A stretch of 63,908 nt of DNA, the filler included, from an uncultured Methanosarcinales archaeon (lineage in GTDB: Archaea > Nanobdellota > Nanobdellia > Woesearchaeales > JACPBV01), in assembly GCA_964492935.1 (NCBI GenBank). It is 3 parts of 3 records of this genome, joined end to end, with 100 filler letters (N's around TTAATTAATTAA, not from the genome) between each part and the next. Parts side by side here need not be neighbours in the genome. Positions count along the whole stretch, not along the records: positions 26,878 to 52,281 come from CAZBLF010000015.1; 2 more parts are not named here. One strand, written 5' to 3'. A model generated the notes under the pieces. That model saw only the letters and a program-made list of their open reading frames with translations, searched no databases and was not told where the DNA came from. Position 1 is the stretch's first letter. Each line of letters starts with the position of its first letter. Both the position numbers and the translations under genes were made by a program. Positions 27,095 to 36,758 of this stretch are shown here, piece by piece.

Positions 27095-29959
27095 TTACAG
27101 AACCAAAATAGCAGGTTTTCCCGGCAATGCGTACGTAGCCTTGTGCTCGTCACTCTTATCAGCACTCACTACAGTTACTACACAATCAAATTGATCTTTA
27201 ATAAAATCAGCAGCCTCAGCCAACATCTTCATCTCCTCTTTCTGTTTAAGTTCTACACTAGGAATCTTCCGAGAACCCACCATCCGTGGAATATTCTTAG
27301 AAATCCACTGACCATGCTTCTTGTACTTAGGAATCTTCATCAGCTCTCCCAAAACCGATTTAGGGTTGGGATCTTTTTCCATCATCGCAACTACATCAGT
27401 AAACAAAGCATATCTCCAGGAACTGCTTACGAAAAGCGAAATGGCCTCGGGCTTCTCAATCTTCGCTAACTTCAGTACCTGACGTATATCGCCTAACGTA
27501 TCCCGCAACAAAGCCTCTCCAACATGCATATGTTCCTTGATCTTTTTAGAATCAGCTACCGGCCACGAAGCATGAGAGATAAATCCACTTTCACCCATCT
27601 TCTCCCAGCACTCCTCAGCAAAATGCGGAACGAACGGCGCCAACATCAATACCTGAGCATTAAGATATAATGCAATGGCCTCCTGCGACGGCTCATCATG
27701 CGTCCTATTCAAATACCATTTCAAATGACGCTGCATATCTAAGAATCCATACTGAATTGCAGATTTAAACAACACATTCTCCATAGCCTCAGTTGCACGA
27801 GCAATACATTGATGTACCACCGAAATAAACCATTCATCGATATACTTTTTTGATTTCCTACCCTTGCCATGGTGCTCATCAATAAACAAATCTAGATCCG
27901 ATAACCTGCGTTTAGCAGTCTCCAAGAACTGCATATCATAATTAGCGTCATCCACGCCCTCTCCCGCATTAGCAGAGGTCAAACGAACAATATCCGGACC
28001 ATGCAAGGTATACAATTCTCGAGCCGTGAAAAAATTACCCTTCGACTTTGACATTTTCTCATTATTAACCATAATTCTACCATTCAACCCATACGATTTA
28101 GGCCAATGCTTCTTCGGAAAGATTGCAGTATGATTAAACACACAAAACGCCAAATGGTTTTGCAACAAATCCTTTGCAGAATTTCTAAAATCAAACGGAT
28201 ACCAATATTCGAAATCACCGCGCATCGTATCGACCATCTTTTTAGAAATCCCTGTACTAGCAACAACGTCCTCCACCTTTCCCTTCCCCAAAAAAACATA
28301 ATTGAAGAACCCATCATCTAATTTATCAGTAGAAAATCCATACTCAGACGGATTCTGTAAATATTTCGAAATAGTGCCATACGCCATCTGAAACGTACTA
28401 TCTGATAACGATTCAATCACCCACTTCTCATCCCAGGGTAACTGTGTGCCTAACCCAAATTCCCGTGTACAAGCCCAGTGATTCAACCAATCAACAACAT
28501 AATGAAATTGCTTCCGCACAACCTCGGGATGCATCTTCATCTCATCCAAACATTCATGCGTCTTTTTCTTCCACTCAGCATCATTATACTCAATAAACCA
28601 CTGATCGTCAACAATCTTAACCACACATTCTGCTAATGATCTACTTACCACTCTAGCAGTTAACTCATAAAACATCACGCCTTCGCCGCTTTTGATCAGT
28701 TCCTCTTTGATTGCTTCCTGACAATCAGGAACACTCATACCGCCGTATTTTCCAGTACTTTCTTTCATAACTCCTTTTCTAAAAACACGTCGATTCAACT
28801 CGCCTTTAGCTTTCTCGATCTTCGCTTTCTGCTCCGCTGAAGTAATTCCAAATTCCTGAGCAATCTCATCACCTAGATCATCTCCCATACCCGAAACATC
28901 GATGATAGGAATGGGCTTGAGCTTCTGAACAACCTTTTCGTCCATACCATATTTCTTAATAAGCTTGCTATCCGACTGAATTTTCCTAATTTCAATAAGA
29001 TCAACTGGATCTTCTAAGGCAGAATACACAATACCACTTCCAACATTAGCATCAATAAACCATGCAGGAACAACATACAAAGGATAATCCACCAACGGAC
29101 CCTGCGCCCATTTACCAATCAACTCACTTGCCGGAATCTCCCCAACAACTTCAGGCTTGAATCCAAGATGAAATTCTATTTTCTGGATTGCAGCATCTCC
29201 CACCACCCACTTCTCTCCCTTTACATGAACCACCTTGTACGTTGCATCGGGATCAACCCATAAGTTAGTCTGACCAAGTAATGCATCGGGACGCGTAGTA
29301 CCTGCCATCAAAATAAGATCAGAATCTTTCAGTGGAAATTTTGCCCAGATAAAATCCTTAGGAGTCTCTCCCTCCCCCTCTATCCGATCATGGTCACCCA
29401 CCGGAACATTTTCTTTAGGATCCCACACCACCGGATGCTCACCCTGCTTCACGTATCCTTTCTCTTTCAAAGCATTAAACTGCCATCGAATCATAGCATC
29501 ATATGGAGGATTCAAAGAAGTAGTCTTGAACGAATACCTCTCATCAATAGAAAATCCCATCGCCTTAACGTCTTTCAACGTTTCTTTCGGAAAATACTCG
29601 CACCAATACTCCGGATCGTTAAATTTAGGAATCTCCTCGGCCAAAATACCCATCTTCTTCAACGTCTCTATTTGAGTGGGCTCACCCTCAGCCACCCGCT
29701 TAGCGGCAGCAACAATAGGAGTTCCCGTGCAGTGAAACCCAAACTTAGCAAGAACATTAAACCCACGCATCCGTTTATAGCGAAGCATAACTTCACTCGT
29801 AGTATACGTAAACAAATGACCCAAGTGCAACAATCCGTTCATGTACGGATACACAATAGCTTCATAGAATTTCGGTTTCGAATTAACCTCAACCTGGAAC
29901 GCCTTCTCCTTCTCCCATCTCTTCTGCCACTTATCAGCAATCGAATTGAAGTCCAACAT
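27095..29959 (-). CDS. leuS: Leucine--tRNA ligase, archaeal type
   Basis: YPYMNGLLHLGH, FHCTGTPI, DHDRIEGEG, IESLSDST, KDLLQNHL, KMSKSKGN, PGKPAI. Confidence 0.97.
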   Translation of the reverse strand: MLDFNSIADKWQKRWEKEKAFQVEVNSKPKFYEAIVYPYMNGLLHLGHLFTYTTSEVMLRYKRMRGFNVLAKFGFHCTGTPIVAAAKRVAEGEPTQIETLKKMGILAEEIPKFNDPEYWCEYFPKETLKDVKAMGFSIDERYSFKTTSLNPPYDAMIRWQFNALKEKGYVKQGEHPVVWDPKENVPVGDHDRIEGEGETPKDFIWAKFPLKDSDLILMAGTTRPDALLGQTNLWVDPDATYKVVHVKGEKWVVGDAAIQKIEFHLGFKPEVVGEIPASELIGKWAQGPLVDYPLYVVPAWFIDANVGSGIVYSALEDPVDLIEIRKIQSDSKLIKKYGMDEKVVQKLKPIPIIDVSGMGDDLGDEIAQEFGITSAEQKAKIEKAKGELNRRVFRKGVMKESTGKYGGMSVPDCQEAIKEELIKSGEGVMFYELTARVVSRSLAECVVKIVDDQWFIEYNDAEWKKKTHECLDEMKMHPEVVRKQFHYVVDWLNHWACTREFGLGTQLPWDEKWVIESLSDSTFQMAYGTISKYLQNPSEYGFSTDKLDDGFFNYVFLGKGKVEDVVASTGISKKMVDTMRGDFEYWYPFDFRNSAKDLLQNHLAFCVFNHTAIFPKKHWPKSYGLNGRIMVNNEKMSKSKGNFFTARELYTLHGPDIVRLTSANAGEGVDDANYDMQFLETAKRRLSDLDLFIDEHHGKGRKSKKYIDEWFISVVHQCIARATEAMENVLFKSAIQYGFLDMQRHLKWYLNRTHDEPSQEAIALYLNAQVLMLAPFVPHFAEECWEKMGESGFISHASWPVADSKKIKEHMHVGEALLRDTLGDIRQVLKLAKIEKPEAISLFVSSSWRYALFTDVVAMMEKDPNPKSVLGELMKIPKYKKHGQWISKNIPRMVGSRKIPSVELKQKEEMKMLAEAADFIKDQFDCVVTVVSADKSDEHKATYALPGKPAILVL

Positions 29960-29984
29960 ACACTAAGAAATCATGGATTCGTAT

Positions 29985-30266
29985 TTAAGGTTTTTGGGGT
30001 GGTTGAGGAGTAACAGGCTTGACTTCGAACTTCAAAGGAACATCTCCCTGGTAAATCCAATCCACTATCTTCCGACCTTCAACAAGATGTAAAAAAAGAA
30101 ATCCTGAATTATAAGGAATGTAATTTGGACCTTCTCCCTCTATACATTTGATAACTGAGTCCATAGACGGCAATTCAGCTTCCAAAGAAGTAAGAATTTG
30201 GTCCAGCATTCCTGGTTGACCCCTATTCTCTCCCCCCTTGACAACCGTAAATTGGTAGTCTATCAT
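29985..30266 (-). CDS. Hypothetical protein
   Basis: 93-aa ORF directly downstream of rpoN. Confidence 0.5.
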   Translation of the reverse strand: MIDYQFTVVKGGENRGQPGMLDQILTSLEAELPSMDSVIKCIEGEGPNYIPYNSGFLFLHLVEGRKIVDWIYQGDVPLKFEVKPVTPQPPQKP

Positions 30267-30270
30267 GGTC

Positions 30271-30468
30271 TTATACTTTCTTAAACTGAGCCGAGATATC
30301 GATCAGATCAACGTGTCCCAAGAATAAAGCTCTGCAGCAGTAACGCTTCAAACCAAGCTCATCCATGGTCTTCTTCTTTTCGTCACCCTTCTTAACAGCC
30401 TCTAGGTATTTCTCCCAAAGCTGTCCAACGGGTTTTCCGCAACTGTAGCATCGTATCGGTATAATCAT
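30271..30468 (-). CDS. rpoN: DNA-directed RNA polymerase subunit N (Rpo10)
   Basis: MIIPIRCYSCGK...LGLKRYCCR; start moved to ATG 30468. Confidence 0.97.
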   Translation of the reverse strand: MIIPIRCYSCGKPVGQLWEKYLEAVKKGDEKKKTMDELGLKRYCCRALFLGHVDLIDISAQFKKV

Positions 30469-30472
30469 GGTA

Positions 30473-30874
30473 TCACCTGTAGCTCTTTTGTCTTTTTGCT
30501 CTTGCCTGTCCGTGCCTGTTAGGTTTGGAAGGTTCTTTTCTTCTAACATCAGCAACTAAAAGCTGCCTATCATATTTCAAAAAGATGTCTTTAAGCTTGT
30601 CATTCTTAGTAATTTCAGTAAGTGCCTTTGCAACTGCCAATCTACAAGCATCTGCCTGCGCACTTACTCCGCCGCCAGCAACTCGAACAGCGATGTCGTA
30701 TTTCTTTGCAACATCTCCTGCCAAAACCAAAGGCTCACGAATCTTGCTCTTCGACATTAATGGCTGTACAATAGATAAATCAGCACCATTAATCGTCACA
30801 ACACCCTTTCCTTCTCGAATAGTAGCTCGTGCGATAGCTCGCTTTCTTTTTCCTGAAGTTGTTAATATTTTCAT
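30473..30874 (-). CDS. rps9: 30S ribosomal protein S9 (uS9)
   Basis: SGKRKRAIARA, GGGVSAQA, YDRQLLVADVRRKE, RQKSYR. Confidence 0.97.
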   Translation of the reverse strand: MKILTTSGKRKRAIARATIREGKGVVTINGADLSIVQPLMSKSKIREPLVLAGDVAKKYDIAVRVAGGGVSAQADACRLAVAKALTEITKNDKLKDIFLKYDRQLLVADVRRKEPSKPNRHGQARAKRQKSYR

Positions 30875-31284
30875 TTTCCACCTATGATCTTACATACGTC
30901 TTCTACCGTAGCATATCTCATGATCTGTAATCGCTTTAAATGTGCATCCTCAAAAACCGTTGGCTTGTGCTGAGCAAACTGCTCAGGAACGCCCCTATGA
31001 CACTTAATCCGTGCATAGGCAATCTTCCCGTGGTGTCCCTTGTACGGCAACATCCCTCGAATCGATCGTCTAACGAACTTTTCAGGAACGCGAAAAAAGA
31101 AAGGACCTTTTGTTGAAGACCCCATCTGCTTCTTTGCAATGTAATCGGAATAAATTCTGTCCTTATTACCAGAAATAACAATCTTTTCACAGTTAACAAT
31201 ATCAACCTTTTTACCCAATTGAGCCTGCGTAGCGACAAAACTAGCCAATCTTCCCAATAACATATCAGTACCATCGACTATCAT
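30871..31284 (-). CDS. rpl13: 50S ribosomal protein L13 (uL13)
   Basis: LLGRLAS, VNCEKIVISG, GPFFFRVP, RRSIRGMLPYK. Confidence 0.96.
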   Translation of the reverse strand: MIVDGTDMLLGRLASFVATQAQLGKKVDIVNCEKIVISGNKDRIYSDYIAKKQMGSSTKGPFFFRVPEKFVRRSIRGMLPYKGHHGKIAYARIKCHRGVPEQFAQHKPTVFEDAHLKRLQIMRYATVEDVCKIIGGK

Positions 31285-31649
31285 TATCCAATCACCCGAA
31301 CACGCTTTCCTTTGGGACTTTCTTTAATAAAATCTTGGAGGGGAATCACAACGCCACCTGCCTCAACAATCTTCTTCGTTGCCTCTCCTGAAAACTGAAA
31401 AGCAGTAACCGTAAGTTTATGACTTAACACACCTGAACCCAATACCTTGCCCGGAACAACAACAACCTCGTCAGCCTTCGTAAATCTATTCAATTTAGAT
31501 AAATTAACAACTCTACGCGCACGTGAAGATCTACTAAGATCATCTGCTACACGCTTCCACAAAGGAATCTTCTCAGATCTAGAGCGATCCTCTAATGTTT
31601 CCAGTAAACCCTTTAATTCAGGGTTTGTAGGTCCTGTTCGTTTTGCCAT
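31284..31649 (-). CDS. rpl18e: 50S ribosomal protein L18e (eL18)
   Basis: TGPTNPEL, WKRVA, VNLSKL, VVPGKVLGSG; start moved to ATG 31649, outside the tRNA. Confidence 0.96.
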   Translation of the reverse strand: MAKRTGPTNPELKGLLETLEDRSRSEKIPLWKRVADDLSRSSRARRVVNLSKLNRFTKADEVVVVPGKVLGSGVLSHKLTVTAFQFSGEATKKIVEAGGVVIPLQDFIKESPKGKRVRVIG

Positions 31650-31660
31650 GTTTGTTACCA

Positions 31661-31771
31661 TGCGAGGGACGAGGTTTGAACTCGCGCAGGCACTAAGCCA
31701 CTAGGCGTTTGAAGTTCGCTTTCACGATCACTGCCTCAACCTAGCCCGTTTGACCACTCCGGCACCCTCGC
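31661..31771 (-). tRNA. tRNA-Leu(GAG) with 27-nt intron (31707-31733)
   Basis: GCGAGGG/CCCTCGC acceptor, CTAGG-TT-GAG-G|intron|G-CCTAG, long variable arm, canonical BHB (TTGA/TCAA); usual archaeal position between rpoD and L18e. Confidence 0.95.
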
Positions 31772-31772
31772 A

Positions 31773-32582
31773 CTATTGTTCTATTGCTTTCGCATCCTTA
31801 ATCTTCTCTGCAAGAAGGTCAAGTTTTTTTCCTAAAATGCCAGCTGCTTCAACCAAAATCTCTTTGGTATCTAACTGACCCCAGGACTCTAAAGTAAAAA
31901 TGAAATCGTCGGTTTTCTCAATAGTAAAACCTTCAGGATACAAATCAGCTGCAACCATGCACATGTCAGCGTCATTTTCCTTGTCTTTAGCAATAGAAAG
32001 CTTTCCGCCTTCTAATACTAAAATACCGTTCGGAACAAGCTCAACACACTTTTCCTTATCGTCAATCTTATCGTTATGAATAGTAACTTGAGCACGCTGC
32101 TTGTAAAAAATGTGACCAGGGCTCCATTTTACGTGGTCTTTACCCTTGCCAAGATAAGCACCACATTCTAATTCCAAACTTTGACCCTTCAATAATTTAA
32201 CAATCGGCAAGTCCCCTTCTACAGGCTTAACCTTAGGATCCTTAGTTTCGATATCCTTCGCATAGACGGTGCACGGACCCTTAGCTTTAAGCGTCATCGT
32301 TAATTTACACCGTGCAGATTCACGCTGATCCTCTTCAACATCCTCTGGAAGCATGTAACTTTTAGCATCAGTAGTAAGCGGAATAAGTCCAAGACGATGA
32401 GCAATCATCTCATCATACAAAATCGAGCTATTTTTTCTAAATTCAACATCCTCAATCGCCATCGTAGGAACATCCTCAATAACCGTTCGTCTCAATGCGT
32501 TCGCAAATGCGGGAGTGGTGTTCTTTACCAGAAAACTAACTGCGTTTCCTCCCTTATCCTGATCCAATAGTGTGACTTCCAT
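31773..32582 (-). CDS. rpoD: DNA-directed RNA polymerase subunit D (Rpo3)
   Basis: FANALRR, VPTMAIEDV, NSSILYDEMIAHRLGLIPL, GKDHVKW. Confidence 0.97.
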   Translation of the reverse strand: MEVTLLDQDKGGNAVSFLVKNTTPAFANALRRTVIEDVPTMAIEDVEFRKNSSILYDEMIAHRLGLIPLTTDAKSYMLPEDVEEDQRESARCKLTMTLKAKGPCTVYAKDIETKDPKVKPVEGDLPIVKLLKGQSLELECGAYLGKGKDHVKWSPGHIFYKQRAQVTIHNDKIDDKEKCVELVPNGILVLEGGKLSIAKDKENDADMCMVAADLYPEGFTIEKTDDFIFTLESWGQLDTKEILVEAAGILGKKLDLLAEKIKDAKAIEQ

Positions 32583-32977
32583 CAGACTCGCCTCCCTCTT
32601 TTTCCGCCTTTCTTCCTACATCCATCGTGTGGAAGCGGAGTTACATCCTGTATGATTCCAATACGTAATCCCATTCGTGATAGTGCTCTAACCGCAGCCT
32701 GTGCTCCGGGACCAGGATTATTAGGTCCGTTATGCCCACCAGGCGCCTTAATTTTAACGTGAATTCCACTGATACCCTTATCTCGAGCAATCTCAGCCAC
32801 TCTCTTAGCAGCAGTCATTGCAGCAGTAGGCGAACTCTCCATTCGATCTGATTTCACAACCTGTCCACCAGAACTCAAAGCGATAGTCTCCATTCCACTG
32901 ATATCAGTAATATGAATAATAGTATTGTTATAACTAGAGAAAATGTGCGCAACTCCCCATCTCATAGTGCTCTTCAT
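32582..32977 (-). CDS. rps11: 30S ribosomal protein S11 (uS11)
   Basis: [37 protein letters not shown]. Confidence 0.97.
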   Translation of the reverse strand: MKSTMRWGVAHIFSSYNNTIIHITDISGMETIALSSGGQVVKSDRMESSPTAAMTAAKRVAEIARDKGISGIHVKIKAPGGHNGPNNPGPGAQAAVRALSRMGLRIGIIQDVTPLPHDGCRKKGGKRGRRV

Positions 32978-33675
32978 TCTTTAGTAGCCTCTTCTTTTGA
33001 CTCTTCCTTAGCATCAGCTTTCTCTTCTTTAGCCTTCTTTCCCTTAGCTTCAGCCTTATCCTTGGACTTAGAATCTGATTTTTCTTCCTTCACTTCTTCC
33101 TTAGCTTCTGCTTTGTCCTCTTTAGCTTCAGCCTTAACTTCAGCTTTAGAAGCTGCAACCTCAGGAGCAGCTCGCTCAGGATGTTCAGGATCTGACAATG
33201 AAGAACCCGGTGCCATCGAGATAGTATTCTCTTCAGCTACCGTTACAAGATACGAAGGAACAGTAAGTTTCTTACCCTCAACCAAAACGTGTTCGTGCAC
33301 AATAAATTGTCGTGCCTGAATAACCGATCGAGCAAGATGTTTCTTATGAAGAATAGTCTGTAATCGTCTGTCGAGCAAAGCCTTAACAGAAATACCCAAT
33401 ACATCCGCAACCCCACTTTCTGATTCAAGTAATCCTAATGATTGTAATTTTCCAAGAAGCTGTCGTCTCTCAATTTCAGCCTGCTCGCCACCTAAAGCAA
33501 TCAGACGTTTTGCCTGACGCATATAATTCTTAAGCAATGAATCAACCTTCCACAACTCCTTCTTATTCTTCAACCCATATTCCTTTAAGAGTGAAATTTC
33601 AGATTCCAATCTCTCCTTTTGCCAAGGATGCGTAGGTCCACGATACAATTTTCTAGTCTTCTTAGGGTCGCCCAT
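32974..33675 (-). CDS. rps4: 30S ribosomal protein S4 (uS4) with K/E/A-rich C-terminal tail
   Basis: [34 protein letters not shown]. Confidence 0.96.
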   Translation of the reverse strand: MGDPKKTRKLYRGPTHPWQKERLESEISLLKEYGLKNKKELWKVDSLLKNYMRQAKRLIALGGEQAEIERRQLLGKLQSLGLLESESGVADVLGISVKALLDRRLQTILHKKHLARSVIQARQFIVHEHVLVEGKKLTVPSYLVTVAEENTISMAPGSSLSDPEHPERAAPEVAASKAEVKAEAKEDKAEAKEEVKEEKSDSKSKDKAEAKGKKAKEEKADAKEESKEEATKE

Positions 33676-34217
33676 TATACTCTACCTGCCTTCGAGCCAG
33701 ATTTCTTTCTAACTCCTAAAGAAACCTTACCTTTATTTTTACGGAAGTTACTCTTCGTTTTCTGTCCGCGTACAGGTTTTCCCTGCATGTGTCTCACACC
33801 ACGGTACGATTTCATCTTCTTTAATGCTTTAATGTCATTATCCTTTACAAACGTAAGATCATTAGTAATCAAATGCATATCTTCTCCAGTATCCATATCT
33901 TTTCTTCGATTGAATGTCCAAATAGGAGCCCCAGCTGCAGCCGGATCCTTCAACACCTTGTCAAGTGCTGCCACATCAGCCTCTTTCAAATCGCCTACCT
34001 TCTTAGTAGCAGAAACCTTTGCTAATGCACAAATCATATTAGAAAATAAAGCGCCAACACCTTTAATCTTGCGTAAACCCATCACCAATGACTTCTTTCC
34101 TTCAAGATCAGTCTGAGCCACACGCACAAAGTGTCTAAATTCATCCTGTGCTTTCGCTACAGGTTTAACATCACTATTAACTTTTTTAACTTCAGCTTGT
34201 TTTGTTTCTTCAACCAT
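33675..34217 (-). CDS. rps13: 30S ribosomal protein S13 (uS13)
   Basis: FRHFVRVAQTDL, IKGVG, NRRKDMDTG, SYRGVRH..G.PVRGQKTKSN. Confidence 0.97.
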   Translation of the reverse strand: MVEETKQAEVKKVNSDVKPVAKAQDEFRHFVRVAQTDLEGKKSLVMGLRKIKGVGALFSNMICALAKVSATKKVGDLKEADVAALDKVLKDPAAAGAPIWTFNRRKDMDTGEDMHLITNDLTFVKDNDIKALKKMKSYRGVRHMQGKPVRGQKTKSNFRKNKGKVSLGVRKKSGSKAGRV

Positions 34218-34223
34218 AATCGG

Positions 34224-34278
34224 ACAGCCAGAAATTCATTTCATGAACCCTAAATGCGCTCTTATGAACTCGGGCTGT
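34224..34278 (-). promoter_or_regulatory. Candidate structured 5' leader of the rps13 operon
   Basis: Minus strand ACAGCC-C-GAGTTCAT...ATGAATTT-CT-GGCTGT stem ending 6 nt before the ATG; TTTTTAAG box upstream. Confidence 0.45.
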
Positions 34279-34578
34279 TACACCTGGGAAACTCACCTTA
34301 CTTAAAAAGCTTTGTATCGACAACACACCTGTCACCAAGCGCCAAACACAAAAAAACCGAAAAATATGCCAAAAAAAGCCCATAAATGACCTAATTGGAG
34401 ATTAAATAAGACCCAGAAATAAGAAAAAAAGGATAATAACAAATAAAAGAGAGCAATAAAAACAAATAAAACCCAAAATACTAAAAGAGAGCTTATTCAA
34501 CCGTAAACACCCTCATTTATATAGGATTGAGGTAAAGATTTATATATCGTTACCACATCCCCAGCACTGGGTGGTAGT

Positions 34579-36183
34579 GTGGAAGAGTTCGAAGAACAAG
34601 TCGAAAAAGCAAAAATTGGCCAAATTGTTTCTCTAGTGAAAACCATCGAAGAGCCCCTTGATGCAACGGAATTCTTCGCAAAACTCTCAAATTACGGAAA
34701 AAAGAAGTATTCTCTTCTCTTTGAATCAGCCGACATCGTTCCCAAGTATGGCGAACAAAGCATCGGATCGGCATCTCCCTGTCTAAAAGTATCGGGTCGC
34801 GGCGCAGAATTTGAAATTACAGCATTAAATGATACTGGATTACAATATATCAAGACAATCAAGAAGGATCTCAAGTTTGTGGACAAATTAGTGCATAAAA
34901 AGAACATTCTGTATGGCATCTTACAACCACAAAGAAAAAACACAAACGAAGATGACCGCATCAAGGCCAAAACTCATTTTGACATTCTCAGAACAATCGC
35001 ATTCAAGTTCAAATCAGCAGACGCACCCGACAACGTGCATGGTGGCCTCTTTGGAGCATTCGGCTATGATATGATTGACCAATTCGAAGATCTCCCAAAA
35101 AATGAGCAAAACACCTTGGATACGCCTGATTACGAATTGTATTACCTTGACAATCTCTTTGTAACCGATCATAAAAAAGGAGTAACCAAGATCATTGTAA
35201 ATGCATTAATCACTGAAGGAAATAGAAAAACACTCATCCAACAGGCAAAAAAAACAATGGGCGAATATGAAAAAACGTTGGAAAAGAAGCTGGTAACTCC
35301 TAAAAAGACAAAAAGCAAAGACTCGGAAATCGAAACCGACACCACTGCAAGTGAATACGAAGACATTGTTTCCGAAATCAAGAACAAAATCTTCCGTGGC
35401 GATATCTTCCAGGCCGTTCCCTCTCGAACATTGATCCAGAACACCACTGCAGAACCCCTCCTAATCTATGAAAAGCTCAAATCCATCAATCCATCACCCT
35501 ACATGTTCTACATCCATCAGGAAGACGGTATTCTTCTGGGCGCGTCTCCAGAAATGGCACTACGTGTGCAAGGAAACGAACAAAAGATTGTCGAAATACG
35601 TCCGATTGCCGGTACGAAACCGCGTGGCCTAACACCAGAAAACGCTATCGATCCCGATCTCGATGCAAAGTACGAAGTAGAACTCAAAACCGACAAAAAA
35701 GAGATCGCAGAACACACCATGCTCATCGATCTAGCTCGAAACGATATCGCTCGAGTCTCCGAACCCGGAACACGATTCTGCAACGAACCCTTTGTTATAG
35801 AAAAATATTCACACGTTCAACATCTCGTTTCAAATGTACAAGGCACCCTAAAAGAAGGTCTCGATGCACTCCATGCCTATCTCGCAACCATGAACATGGG
35901 AACCCTTACCGGTGCACCCAAAGTGGAAGCAATGAAACTAATCAGAACTCACGAAAAGGAAAGTCGTGGATTTTACGGTGGAGCCGTCGGATACATCACC
36001 CCAGAAGGGAATATGGACACCACCATCACCATTCGCTCGATGTATCTTCGAGCAAACAAAGCCTACATTCGTGCAGGCGCAGGCATTGTGCATGACTCCA
36101 TTCCCGAGCAAGAATTCCAGGAAACGGAAAAGAAAGCACAAGCATGCCTCAAAGCCCTAGAAATGGCGGAGGCAGCAAAGTGA
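34579..36183 (+). CDS. trpE: Anthranilate synthase component I
   Basis: LLFESAD, NPSPYM, GASPE, PIAGT, EHTMLIDLARND, MNMGTLTGAPK, RAGAGIVHDS. Confidence 0.96.
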   Translation: MEEFEEQVEKAKIGQIVSLVKTIEEPLDATEFFAKLSNYGKKKYSLLFESADIVPKYGEQSIGSASPCLKVSGRGAEFEITALNDTGLQYIKTIKKDLKFVDKLVHKKNILYGILQPQRKNTNEDDRIKAKTHFDILRTIAFKFKSADAPDNVHGGLFGAFGYDMIDQFEDLPKNEQNTLDTPDYELYYLDNLFVTDHKKGVTKIIVNALITEGNRKTLIQQAKKTMGEYEKTLEKKLVTPKKTKSKDSEIETDTTASEYEDIVSEIKNKIFRGDIFQAVPSRTLIQNTTAEPLLIYEKLKSINPSPYMFYIHQEDGILLGASPEMALRVQGNEQKIVEIRPIAGTKPRGLTPENAIDPDLDAKYEVELKTDKKEIAEHTMLIDLARNDIARVSEPGTRFCNEPFVIEKYSHVQHLVSNVQGTLKEGLDALHAYLATMNMGTLTGAPKVEAMKLIRTHEKESRGFYGGAVGYITPEGNMDTTITIRSMYLRANKAYIRAGAGIVHDSIPEQEFQETEKKAQACLKALEMAEAAK

Positions 36184-36758
36184 AAGCACTCTTTATCGAC
36201 AATTTTGATTCATTTACCTATAACATCGTAGATGAATTCCGCAAGCAAGGCTGCGAAGTCACCGTCTTCAGAAACAACATCGACATGAAGATCATTGACG
36301 AACACATCAAGAAAGAAAAACCCCAGCTCATTGTAATTTCCCCAGGCCCCGGAACACCCAAGGAAGCCGGCAACAGCAAAGAAATCATCACCACCTATCA
36401 CGAAACCATCCCTATTTTCGGAGTCTGTCTCGGCCATCAAGCGATCATCGAATGCTTTGGCGGACGCATCGACAAAGCCGTGGAAACCATTCACGGAAAA
36501 GCCTCAAAAATCTCACATGACAATCAAGGCATTTTCAAGAATATCGCAAGCCCTTTCCAAGCAGGACGCTATCATTCACTTGTCGGCTACGATATTCCCT
36601 ATTGCCTCGAAGTGACCGCACGATCCGTAGAAAGAGATGTCGTTATGGCAGTGCGCCACAAAGAATTTCCCGTTACCGGAGTCCAATTCCATCCCGAATC
36701 TATTCTCACGCCAGAAGGTGCTGAGATTATCAAGAATGTAATTGACTCAGTACAATGA
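36180..36758 (+). CDS. trpG: Anthranilate synthase component II (glutamine amidotransferase)
   Basis: IDNFDSFTYN, ISPGPG, GVCLGHQ, RYHSL, QFHPES; GTG start overlapping the trpE stop. Confidence 0.96.
   Translation: MKALFIDNFDSFTYNIVDEFRKQGCEVTVFRNNIDMKIIDEHIKKEKPQLIVISPGPGTPKEAGNSKEIITTYHETIPIFGVCLGHQAIIECFGGRIDKAVETIHGKASKISHDNQGIFKNIASPFQAGRYHSLVGYDIPYCLEVTARSVERDVVMAVRHKEFPVTGVQFHPESILTPEGAEIIKNVIDSVQ

Noticed and set aside
29390..30013. Long antisense ORFs (for example 207 aa opposite leuS, and others opposite polB, ppdK and r-protein genes)
   Set aside because: Shadows of well-supported genes on the opposite strand, with no motifs of their own
34320..34500. A-rich region upstream of trpE as an attenuator or leader peptide
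   Set aside because: No Trp-codon-rich short ORF or terminator/antiterminator pair was seen, and it lies upstream of the likely trpE TATA box
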